Below, piece after piece: positions 24,649 to 31,901 of a stretch of 42,725 bases of DNA. Within the stretch, counting starts at the first letter, position 1. Each line of letters begins with the position of its first letter. Both the position numbers and the translations under genes were made by a program. This DNA comes from a virus. Location: positions 1-42,725 of IMG/VR virus record IMGVR_UViG_3300020202_000040. One strand, given 5' to 3'. The notes below the pieces were generated by a model. The model made no database searches and was not told the DNA's origin. It worked only from the letters and a program-made list of their open reading frames with translations.

Positions 24649-25397
24649 ACATCCGCCCCCTGATCTACGGCAAGCACCCATGCGCCGCCCCTCGCGGCTG
24701 GGGCCCTCCCGTCCCCTGGATCGCCGGGTGGCGATGCCGCCCCTACCCCCTGAGCGACCGCCACGGCGAACGCTGGGGCGGCGACTACGCGACGTTCTAC
24801 TCCCGCCCCGACTACTTGGCCGACGCGGAGGCTTCGCTGCGGGAAGCCGTCAACCTCTTCGTCCCCGTCGGCTACAAGGGCATGGTCTACGACGACGCGG
24901 AGGATGTGATGGTAGATCCCGCGGCGTACGGGGCGGCGCGGGGATCTAAGACGCGGCTGGCCGACGCGCTCATGCTGGAGAAGCGGTGGGGCCGTCGCGT
25001 CCACCAGATCATCCGCGAGGAGCGGCCAGGCGTCACCGTGGTCAGCATCGACAAGCGGTTCGGAGGGAACGGCCCTGTCACCCAGTGCTGCTACCCGTTC
25101 AGTGACACCCCCAACCACATGGCAGGCGTGACCTTCCGTGAGCACCGCGAGAGGCACATTGGGTTCACCCGCCACATGATCCCGGTGGTGACGGCGTGGC
25201 ACAAGGGCGACCCGTCGCTGCACCACCTGGGCCAGAGGCAGCTCGACTGCGTGGCGTCGTGCGCGTGGGCGATGGCGTCGCTGGGCGAGGTCTGGGTGTT
25301 CGGGCAATCGAACAACGCGGGTGAGGCGGAGGCGACGGAGGTGGCGTACATGCGCTTCCGGCGGTGGGCGACGGAGTTCGTAGAGCCGCCCGCGTGA
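24645..25397 (+). CDS. Hypothetical protein (250 aa); unverified lysis-enzyme candidate, by position only
   Basis: ATG 24645 (ATGA overlap); no catalytic motif recognised. Confidence 0.55.
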   Translation: MNIRPLIYGKHPCAAPRGWGPPVPWIAGWRCRPYPLSDRHGERWGGDYATFYSRPDYLADAEASLREAVNLFVPVGYKGMVYDDAEDVMVDPAAYGAARGSKTRLADALMLEKRWGRRVHQIIREERPGVTVVSIDKRFGGNGPVTQCCYPFSDTPNHMAGVTFREHRERHIGFTRHMIPVVTAWHKGDPSLHHLGQRQLDCVASCAWAMASLGEVWVFGQSNNAGEAEATEVAYMRFRRWATEFVEPPA

Positions 25398-25756
25398 GAA
25401 GGTCGCGCACCCGCCAGCCCCCGCCCCTGGAACTCCCCTCGGCGCTCGCCGCGACCGAACCGCCGGTCCTGTGCGGTCGGTGCAAGATGAAGGGTGATGG
25501 TGCCTGCGCCCGGTGCTACGAGCGGCGGTTGTGGCAGCAGATATTGACGCTCAAGGGGCAGACCTACGCGATGCTCAGCCCCATGGACGCGCGGCTTACC
25601 GGGGCGACCGCCGCCGCGGTGATCCAGCAGGTGTCTGGCCTGCGTGATGCGTTGGCGCGCCAGTCGGAGCAGTTCAACCTTATCGCGGGACAGGTCCGGC
25701 GAGTTGTGGAGCTGGTGTGCCCGACCGGAGGTGTCGCCGGCCCCCGCCCCGGCTGA
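25394..25756 (+). CDS. Hypothetical protein (120 aa) with CxxC...CxxC
   Basis: GTG 25394 (GTGA overlap); CGRCKMKGDGACARC. Confidence 0.5.
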   Translation: MRRSRTRQPPPLELPSALAATEPPVLCGRCKMKGDGACARCYERRLWQQILTLKGQTYAMLSPMDARLTGATAAAVIQQVSGLRDALARQSEQFNLIAGQVRRVVELVCPTGGVAGPRPG

Positions 25757-25875
25757 TCCCCGTGCAACCTGTCGAGTCGATAACCCAACGCTCGACGGGT
25801 CTGCGAAGCATCGGGCTCAACGTCCCCAGTCAGTGCAAACCCTCTGCCCCGGGCGCGGGAGTGCGCGGGGTGGGT

Positions 25876-26130
25876 TCAGGGAGTACCAATCGGGCCGAAT
25901 GCCTCTGGGTCGTGATCTGGGTTGAAGAACACCACCTCTCCACCACTGGCAACGTGCTTGAATCGGTGGCCGTCCCGAACATACCGATCCGCCACCATGT
26001 TCTCGAACGCATCGGCCAGTCGGTTGCGGTGCCCGGCTGTTGGACTGGCCATTGAACACTTCCGGCCGATGGTGCCGTTCACGTTGAGCGTTGTGAGCAT
26101 CCGCCAAGTCTTGCAGCCCAGGGGCTCCAT
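25876..26130 (-). CDS. Hypothetical protein (84 aa), last gene of the leftward operon
   Basis: ATG 26130 preceded by GGAGGAG (26136-26142); internal start of track ORF 25876-26238. Confidence 0.6.
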   Translation of the reverse strand: MEPLGCKTWRMLTTLNVNGTIGRKCSMASPTAGHRNRLADAFENMVADRYVRDGHRFKHVASGGEVVFFNPDHDPEAFGPIGTP

Positions 26131-26132
26131 CC

Positions 26133-26360
26133 CTACTCCTCCCTCGTGGGTGGGGTGTGTATCACTGTGCCGCCCACCACATCGACAGCGACCGGCTGGG
26201 TGTCGAACACCCGCGCAAGCACCTCCTGATAGCCACAATCACACCGCATAGGAGAGGTGGTATGGATGCCGTGGAAGAAACCGGCGGCGTACATTGTGGC
26301 GCAGCCGTGTTTGTGGCCCGTGTACGGGAGCAGCGCGTTTACCAGTCCGGCGTCGTCCAT
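26133..26360 (-). CDS. Hypothetical Cys/His-containing protein (75 aa)
   Basis: ATG 26360 shares one base with the upstream stop; HKHGC...CDCG. Confidence 0.55.
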   Translation of the reverse strand: MDDAGLVNALLPYTGHKHGCATMYAAGFFHGIHTTSPMRCDCGYQEVLARVFDTQPVAVDVVGGTVIHTPPTREE

Positions 26361-26740
26361 CACTCCCCCCTCACGGCCCGCACGGCGGCTTGCAGGGCGT
26401 GGTCGAGGGTGGGGCCATAGAACTCCGCCCACCCCTCGCGACGCGACACCTCTGACTCGCCTTGGATTGGTTCGTCATCCAGCACACGCACCCGCACCGT
26501 ATTCGAGGGAAACAGTCGTAATGCTCGGTTCTTCAACAACTCGGTAATCGCCGCAGACCGGCAGAGGGCGAGGGCGGCGGTTTCGTCAAGGTCCAAGCCG
26601 CCCGGACACCAGCACCACTGCGACCTCACGAGCGGGTTCGTGCCTAGGCACTCTCCGTCAGCGTTCACAGGGCGTGTCTTGGGCACCTTGGCCCACAGAG
26701 CTTCATACCCCGCCAGCGCGTCGGTGCTACTCGCGGTCAT
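26360..26740 (-). CDS. Hypothetical protein (126 aa)
   Basis: 4-nt start/stop overlap with the upstream gene. Confidence 0.6.
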   Translation of the reverse strand: MTASSTDALAGYEALWAKVPKTRPVNADGECLGTNPLVRSQWCWCPGGLDLDETAALALCRSAAITELLKNRALRLFPSNTVRVRVLDDEPIQGESEVSRREGWAEFYGPTLDHALQAAVRAVRGE

Positions 26741-27039
26741 CGGGGGCTCCGGGTGGTGGGGGTGAGTGGCTCAACTTCAATCGCGGCCTGTGCGTCGTAG
26801 GCCAATGACAGCACGCGGTCTACCCACGGTGAAACGTGGCTGAGGCCATGGCCCATCGGGCCACGATCTATCTTCGCCAGAGAACGACACACTCCCGTCA
26901 TCGCGTCGGCCTGACGCGCCCGCATCAGCAGGTGGGCCACTGTGTCTGACTCGGTGGGCATAGTAGAGGCCAACCACCGGAGGTAGGTGCCCAGTGTCAT
27001 GTCTTCTAGGCGCTTGGCTGTTCGCTTCGCCATCCTCAC
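26737..27039 (-). CDS. Hypothetical protein (100 aa)
   Basis: GTG 27039 overlaps the HTH gene stop (GTGA); an ATG 6 nt downstream is an alternative start. Confidence 0.6.
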   Translation of the reverse strand: MRMAKRTAKRLEDMTLGTYLRWLASTMPTESDTVAHLLMRARQADAMTGVCRSLAKIDRGPMGHGLSHVSPWVDRVLSLAYDAQAAIEVEPLTPTTRSPR

Positions 27040-27263
27040 TCCTTCCGCTGGGGGCGGGTTAGTCGGGCTTTCTTTGTGGGCCTACCCACCAACGTCGCCG
27101 CCATCGCCCAGTATTGATTCCGCTTGGGCTCGCCCTTGCCCTCGCGCCAGCGATACACCGTCGAGCGGTTGACGCCTGCCGCCCTTGCCAGTTCGGGCGT
27201 ACTCACGCCCGCGTTTGATGCGGCGGCAAACAGTTCGCGTATTTCCTTGGACGCTGGCGGCAT
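27036..27263 (-). CDS. Small HTH DNA-binding protein (repressor/Cro/excisionase-class)
   Basis: VSTPELARAAGVNRSTVYRWREGK helix-turn-helix; first gene of the leftward operon, next to the int region. Confidence 0.7.
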   Translation of the reverse strand: MPPASKEIRELFAAASNAGVSTPELARAAGVNRSTVYRWREGKGEPKRNQYWAMAATLVGRPTKKARLTRPQRKE

Positions 27264-27281
27264 TGTCGCAGTTTAGCGACA
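27264..27281. promoter_or_regulatory. Perfect palindrome TGTCGC-AGTTTA-GCGACA (operator candidate)
   Basis: Abuts the HTH start codon and covers the predicted -10. Confidence 0.5.
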
Positions 27282-27298
27282 CTGGCACCCGCTGTCAA
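27270..27298 (-). promoter_or_regulatory. Candidate leftward promoter TTGACA-17-TAAACT, giving a leaderless HTH mRNA
   Basis: The minus strand reads TTGACAgcgggtgccagtgtcgcTAAACTgcgacaATG; no Shine-Dalgarno before the ATG. Confidence 0.45.
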
Positions 27299-27381
27299 AC
27301 CCTGCTACCATCCCCCCACGCGGCCCACCTCACGTTGACTGGCCCGTTCCCTGCTCCGCGCCCTGGGGCGCGGGGTGGGTT

Positions 27382-27494
27382 TGGTGAGTAGTTCAGCTTG
27401 GTCGAACACCGACCGGCTCTGGCTACGTGCGGGCAACCGCAAACGAACCAGAGAAGCGGACGGAGGCACGCGGGTTCAAATCCCGCCTCACCAT
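27382..27494 (+). ncRNA. tRNA-shaped RNA with a 60-nt rod in place of the anticodon arm (atypical tRNA / tRNA mimic)
   Basis: Acceptor TGGTGAG/CTCACCA, D arm GTTC-AGCTTGGTC-GAAC, T arm GCGGG-TTCAAAT-CCCGC. The central part is CCGACCG/CGGACGG + CTCTGG/CCAGAG + CTACG[TGCGG-GCAA-CCGCA]AACGAA. Confidence 0.6.
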
Positions 27495-27496
27495 TT

Positions 27497-27790
27497 ATGC
27501 AACGACGCACCTTCATCGGCGGGCTGCTGGGGCTCATTGGGCTGGCGGGCAGGGGCAAGGTGGAGACGCCGCCGGAGAGGGTGGTGGTGCCCACGCCGAA
27601 GCCCAAATCGCCCGTGCTCTCGTTCGAGAAGGGCGGGACGATTGAGTGGCGGAGCACATCGCCGCCGATCACGACGCTCAACCTGACCGGCGGGCGGATC
27701 GTCACCGTTGATTGCAGCTACGGCGGCACACCGGCAACCATCGAAGCCTACGGAATCGACGGGTACGGACGCCGCCACCGTATCACCTAG
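27497..27790 (+). CDS. Small Tat-signal secreted protein (97 aa)
   Basis: MQRRTFIGGLLGLIGLAGRG twin-arginine signal; ATG lies 3 nt after the tRNA-like 3' end; internal start of track ORF 27398-27790. Confidence 0.65.
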   Translation: MQRRTFIGGLLGLIGLAGRGKVETPPERVVVPTPKPKSPVLSFEKGGTIEWRSTSPPITTLNLTGGRIVTVDCSYGGTPATIEAYGIDGYGRRHRIT

Positions 27791-27798
27791 CCTCCCCC

Positions 27799-28158
27799 AT
27801 GGACCTCCCCCAACCTGCCCTCGACCTCCTGGCGATTGGCCGCAGGTACTTCGACGTGGACATCCGTTGGGTGCCCCCCGGCAGCCCCACCAGCTACGGC
27901 CGCGCCTTCGGCTTCTGGTCCGTGGAGGTCGGGCCCAAGGGCTGGCGGCAGTGGCACACCGTCGTGGACCCGCGGCCGTTCGCGCAGCGGTTCGTGAGCA
28001 TGGGGCAGGTGCCGCCCTGCACGGTGGAGTGGACAGACCCGACCGTGGCGATCCGCGGGGCGCTGACGCAGGCGCGGAAGAACTGGCCGGATTGTGTGAC
28101 GCCGCGAGAAGACGGCCCCCGCGACAACCCCGGCACATTGCCCGCCTCGGGTGGGTAA
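27799..28158 (+). CDS. Hypothetical protein (119 aa)
   Basis: ATG 27799 inside track ORF 27712-28158. Confidence 0.55.
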   Translation: MDLPQPALDLLAIGRRYFDVDIRWVPPGSPTSYGRAFGFWSVEVGPKGWRQWHTVVDPRPFAQRFVSMGQVPPCTVEWTDPTVAIRGALTQARKNWPDCVTPREDGPRDNPGTLPASGG

Positions 28159-28276
28159 CGCCTACCGATTCCCAGCCATTCTGTGAAGAAATGCTCACGC
28201 TCTATCAACCTAGAGCGCCCAGTCTCCCTAGACAACCGCCCGGTGTGTGCGCCCGGTGCCTTGGGGGAGGTTCTGG

Positions 28277-29869
28277 ATGAGCACGACAGACGGGTGGAAG
28301 CTGTGGGACGCCGAGGGTGTGGAGCGCGGGATCGGCGTGATGCCGAAGGCGGTGCCGAAGAACGTGGACGGGGCGGAGCCGATGCCCTATCACGCCACGC
28401 GGCACGCCGACCGTCCCATAAGCGAGCAACTCGCCCTCGCGTGCATCGAAACGGTGCAGAAAGCGTTGCACCTTTTGGAGGGGCAAGTAGGTTTGGCCCG
28501 CATGACAGCGGCACAGGCGAGCCCGGCACCACAGCCCGGCCCGCTCAGAATCTCTACCGACAGCCCGACCGTCAGCGTGCTGCTGGTTGCGTGGACCGGC
28601 GCGTTGAAGCTCAAGGGCGTCACTGACGGCCACGTTAAAGACTCCATCGACTGTGTGACCGACGCCGCCGCGTCTCAGTGCTGGACCTTCCCCAGCCAGA
28701 TGACGCCCGCCACGATCCGCACTTACTTGGAGGCCCGCAAGCTCAAGGGCAACGGCCCGCGGTATCTGAACCACCAACGCGCGTACATCGGCACGTTCTG
28801 GGACTTCTGCAAGGGCGAAGGCGCCGTGTCCGGGGACAACCCCATTGACGCCGTGCCCCGCGCCCGCGTGAAGCGGCGGCAGGCGTTCCACGTCCCTACC
28901 GAGGATGAGGTGGTGCGTCTCATCGTCGGCGCGACACAGGACTGGCGGAAGAAAGACCGCTGGCTTGTGCGGCTGGTGCAGGCGTGCAGCCATTACCGAA
29001 TCGGCACGCTCCGCGGCATGAAGCCCGAGCACGCGCACGAGGCGGAGTTCCCACCGTACTTCGAAGTTCCTCCGGAGCTGGTCAAGAACGGCGAGCCGAC
29101 GCGCGTGTGGATGACGGCGGAAGTGGCTCGCTGGATCACCGAGCACAAGCGGATCAATGCGGCCAAGATCAAAGCGAGGGGGCTGCTGTTTCTATCGGTG
29201 GGCAAGGGCAAAGAGTTCGACCGGGATCTGGAAGCCGCGAATCTCCCGAAGAAAGCGCACCCAGGAGCACCCGCGTTTGTCCCGCACAGCCTGCGGCACT
29301 TCGCCAGCAACCGGCTCAAGTGGGCCGAGGTGTTCACGGACGAGGAGCGGCAGGCGCAGAACGGGCACAAGACGTTGGAGATGACCACGAGGGTCTACAC
29401 CGATCCCTCTCACATTCAGTTAGGCCAGAAAATCTACCGGCTGAAAGACCTTTTACCGGACGGGTTTAGGCCAAGATGGGGGCAGCGAACAGAAAAAACG
29501 GGGCAAAGTGTGCTTGCACCCCCGGGGGAAACCGATAAACTGGACGACGCCAAGCCGAACAAGGGATTGAATCGTGTTCACCCCCCAGACTCACTACAAG
29601 AACCCGCCTGTGACCCGAGTGGTCCGGCTTGGCGGCATGACGGCAATCCCGTGCGGGCGGGTTCTTGCCGTGAGTCGAGCGAAGGGCGGCAGTTAGACGA
29701 GCCTGATACTGACCGGGGCAAGCGGTTCGAATCCGCCTACCCCGACTTAGATCAAAATGACCCCGATATAAACGGGGTCTACCTCGAGCTGATCGAGGTC
29801 CAGGCCCGCCTGATTGCCGCCCTTCTCCGGAAGGGACGCGGCAATGGACCGTCAAAGGCAAGCGGCTAG
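28277..29869 (+). CDS. int: Tyrosine integrase with ~155-aa post-catalytic extension
   Basis: GGGGAGG at 28264-28270; RIGTLRG (Arg), HSLRHF (H-x-x-R), GHKTLEMTTRVY (His...Tyr; Tyr codon at 29396-29398). Confidence 0.88.
   Translation: MSTTDGWKLWDAEGVERGIGVMPKAVPKNVDGAEPMPYHATRHADRPISEQLALACIETVQKALHLLEGQVGLARMTAAQASPAPQPGPLRISTDSPTVSVLLVAWTGALKLKGVTDGHVKDSIDCVTDAAASQCWTFPSQMTPATIRTYLEARKLKGNGPRYLNHQRAYIGTFWDFCKGEGAVSGDNPIDAVPRARVKRRQAFHVPTEDEVVRLIVGATQDWRKKDRWLVRLVQACSHYRIGTLRGMKPEHAHEAEFPPYFEVPPELVKNGEPTRVWMTAEVARWITEHKRINAAKIKARGLLFLSVGKGKEFDRDLEAANLPKKAHPGAPAFVPHSLRHFASNRLKWAEVFTDEERQAQNGHKTLEMTTRVYTDPSHIQLGQKIYRLKDLLPDGFRPRWGQRTEKTGQSVLAPPGETDKLDDAKPNKGLNRVHPPDSLQEPACDPSGPAWRHDGNPVRAGSCRESSEGRQLDEPDTDRGKRFESAYPDLDQNDPDINGVYLELIEVQARLIAALLRKGRGNGPSKASG
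29714..29745 (+). other. tRNA 3'-end / minihelix mimic: candidate attP core
   Basis: CGGGGCA-AGCGG-TTCGAAT-CCGCC-TACCCCG-A; a T-loop plus 3' acceptor strand of C1-G72/A73 (Pro-like) type, inside the int 3' extension. Confidence 0.4.
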
Positions 29870-30272
29870 CACCGGCTCAGAATCCCCCACAACCAAGCAC
29901 ACGCCGGGGCCGTGGACGGCGACTCTAGCTCGCACCCTGATCCACGTTCACAACGCCGAACTTGGCGAGCCGGTTGTCGCCATATCTGTTTCGCCCCCTC
30001 GCATTCACGAAAGGGACTTGCGGGACAAGGCGGTTGCGACGGCGCACGCCAACGCCCGCCTGATCTCTGCCGCGCCGGACCTGTTCGCGTACGCACGCTG
30101 CCAGGAGGCGTGGTCCTCTCGCACCGATGGTGGTGACTACCCGCACGGTGCCGTTCTCTCGCTCTTCCGTGAGTACGGATACGACGAACCCGTCGAGGGA
30201 TCGGTGTTCCTCGAAGACCTCCGCCGCGCCGCCATCGCCAAAGCCACCAAGGCGACAGGCGGTGCCGAGTGA
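29844..30272 (+). CDS. Ead/Ea22-like protein (paralog A)
   Basis: HTPGPW ... ANARLISAAPDLFAYA motifs. Confidence 0.55.
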   Translation: MDRQRQAASTGSESPTTKHTPGPWTATLARTLIHVHNAELGEPVVAISVSPPRIHERDLRDKAVATAHANARLISAAPDLFAYARCQEAWSSRTDGGDYPHGAVLSLFREYGYDEPVEGSVFLEDLRRAAIAKATKATGGAE

Positions 30273-30727
30273 TCGGCCCCGCTTGGGATGCAGGCGTCCA
30301 TGACGCACCCCTCTTCCTCTCCCGCACGACCGACCCCGGGAGCAGCCGGAAGGCCGCGGTAGCCCTTACTGAGTCGGGCCGCGCCTCCGACCAGCGGAGC
30401 GTGGTCTACGGGGCCTTGCGCGAGCACCCTGGCTGCACGTCCGCGGAGCTTGCCGAGGCCATGGGTGTGGACCGCTTCATGGTGGCGCGCCGCCTCCCCG
30501 ACCTACGGCGTCTTGAGCAGGCGGTCAACGGCCCTGAGCGGACGTGCAACGTCAACCACACCCGCGCGATTACGTGGTACGCCGCCGAGGACGTTGTGAC
30601 CTGCGGCAACTGCGCGGAGCCCACGCACGGGGCGGGCGGGACGTGCCACCACTGCAAACGAGACTTGGCGGCATCGCGTCGGGACGCGGCCGCGCATGCG
30701 GAGGAGGCCCACGAAACGGTCACCTGA
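30269..30727 (+). CDS. Winged-helix DNA-binding protein with C-terminal zinc ribbon
   Basis: GTGA overlap; VVYGALREHPGCTSAELAEAMGVDRFMVARRLPDLRRLEQ wHTH pattern; CGNC...CHHC. Confidence 0.6.
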   Translation: MIGPAWDAGVHDAPLFLSRTTDPGSSRKAAVALTESGRASDQRSVVYGALREHPGCTSAELAEAMGVDRFMVARRLPDLRRLEQAVNGPERTCNVNHTRAITWYAAEDVVTCGNCAEPTHGAGGTCHHCKRDLAASRRDAAAHAEEAHETVT

Positions 30728-30972
30728 CCGCCCCGACATACGCCCAGCACGGCCCTTGGACCGCTCCCCCCAGCGGCCAGGGGCCTGCGGGCGTGAAAGA
30801 CCCAATGGGTCCAGTCAGAGGCCCCCTTGAAAGCGAGGTGCAGCATGAAGAACTGAACTGACTGACCACCGGGAAAGACCGGCATTAGCTGGGCGAGACG
30901 CGGGCGGCTTATCGGTTGATGCGTGCCGCGTGCCCAAAACCGACCCGAGCCTGACGGGGTTTCAGGACCACC

Positions 30973-30997
30973 CTCCCGCGCCTTACCGGCGCGGGAG
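30973..30997. other. Perfect 10-bp-stem hairpin (CTCCCGCGCC-ttacc-GGCGCGGGAG) without a U-tract
   Basis: Lies in the 300-bp intergenic region 30728-31029. Confidence 0.6.
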
Positions 30998-31029
30998 CGG
31001 ATTGACAGATCACCCCCAAGGAGTCACCC

Positions 31030-31413
31030 ATGAGCACGGAGAAGGCGGAAGGGAAGCGAGTGGAGCACACACCGGGACCGTTTTGGTACGACGCCGAATA
31101 CCGGCAGGTGTGCGCCAAGAGCACCGGCAAAGGCGGGTATGAGGCTGGGTCCAGCATCTGCGTGGCCGTCGTGAAGTCGTGGGACGGAGAGCCGCCAGCG
31201 GACGAAGCTGAAGGTAACGGCCATCTACTAGCCGCCGCGCCCGCGATGCTGAAGGCGTTGCGGAAGGCCAAGGACCTGTTCCCGTTGGGCGTTGGAGCCG
31301 TGAGCCTCAGTGACTTCACCAAGGCGAACGCCGGCCGCTGCATCCGCGAGACGCGCGAGTTGTTTGCGGAAATCGACGCCGCCCTCTCCCTCGCCGAAGG
31401 GAGGCCCCAGTGA
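31030..31413 (+). CDS. Ead/Ea22-like protein (paralog B)
   Basis: AAGGAG at 31018; HTPGPF ... GNGHLLAAAPAMLKAL. Confidence 0.55.
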   Translation: MSTEKAEGKRVEHTPGPFWYDAEYRQVCAKSTGKGGYEAGSSICVAVVKSWDGEPPADEAEGNGHLLAAAPAMLKALRKAKDLFPLGVGAVSLSDFTKANAGRCIRETRELFAEIDAALSLAEGRPQ

Positions 31414-31901
31414 ACCTCAACGAAGCACGGGCGGCTCTGGAGGCCGCGTACCCCAAGGCCCGGTACATCAGCGTCGGCGTGGAAGTGAACAGTTCCGCCC
31501 CGATGTGGAAGGGGCAGACGGATCGCACCGTTGAAACCGAGTTCGATGTTCACATCCAGCCCGGCGGTGGACAGGACATCTACCACGAAACCGGCCCGTC
31601 TCTCGACGCGCTGGTGAACATGGCCGTTGCCGCTGCGAGTCCCGATAAGGCGCAGGACGCGAGCGCCGCCGCCCAGTGCGTGACCGACTGCCAGTTCTGT
31701 GCTGGCACCAGCAAGGCTTGCGATGTCTGTGGGCGTCCGGCCGACACCTGCACCTGTAACACCCACGGAGAACACCTGCGGGCGATGGTGGACTGCGTGG
31801 CGTGTGTGCCCACCCGCATCACCGGCTCCGACCTAGACGACGACGGGATGCCCCGCGCGGGGAAGTCCAACGTCGGCACCCGCCTCGACCTCACCGCCTG
31901 A
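31410..31901 (+). CDS. Hypothetical Cys-rich protein (163 aa)
   Basis: GTGA overlap; CVTDCQFCAGTSKACDVCGRPADTCTC. Confidence 0.6.
   Translation: MNLNEARAALEAAYPKARYISVGVEVNSSAPMWKGQTDRTVETEFDVHIQPGGGQDIYHETGPSLDALVNMAVAAASPDKAQDASAAAQCVTDCQFCAGTSKACDVCGRPADTCTCNTHGEHLRAMVDCVACVPTRITGSDLDDDGMPRAGKSNVGTRLDLTA

Noticed and set aside
27283-27298. TGGCAC-N4-TGTC resembling a sigma54 -24/-12 element.
   Set aside because: The -12 element (TTGC) is not matched. On the opposite strand the same bases form a much better sigma70-type -35 and spacer.
27382-27494. The tRNA-like element as a tmRNA or its 3' fragment. The 3' end CGGAC..GCGGGTTCAAATCCCGCC resembles ssrA 3' ends.
   Set aside because: It is only 113 nt and has no tag reading frame or pseudoknots. 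It has a proper D arm, and its acceptor has G3-C70 rather than the G-U alanine identity pair.
29499-29745. A complete tRNA or tmRNA gene hidden in the integrase 3' extension, with CGGGGCAA at 29499 as the 5' acceptor and the T-loop at 29726.
   Set aside because: No D arm or anticodon arm can be drawn at tRNA distance. No alanine-ending tag frame is present for a tmRNA. Only the 3' T-arm/acceptor portion is tRNA-like.
31002-31007. Perfect TTGACA hexamer considered as a promoter -35 for gene 31030.
   Set aside because: It lies only 23 nt from the ATG and overlaps the SD region. No -10 element follows at 16-18 bp.
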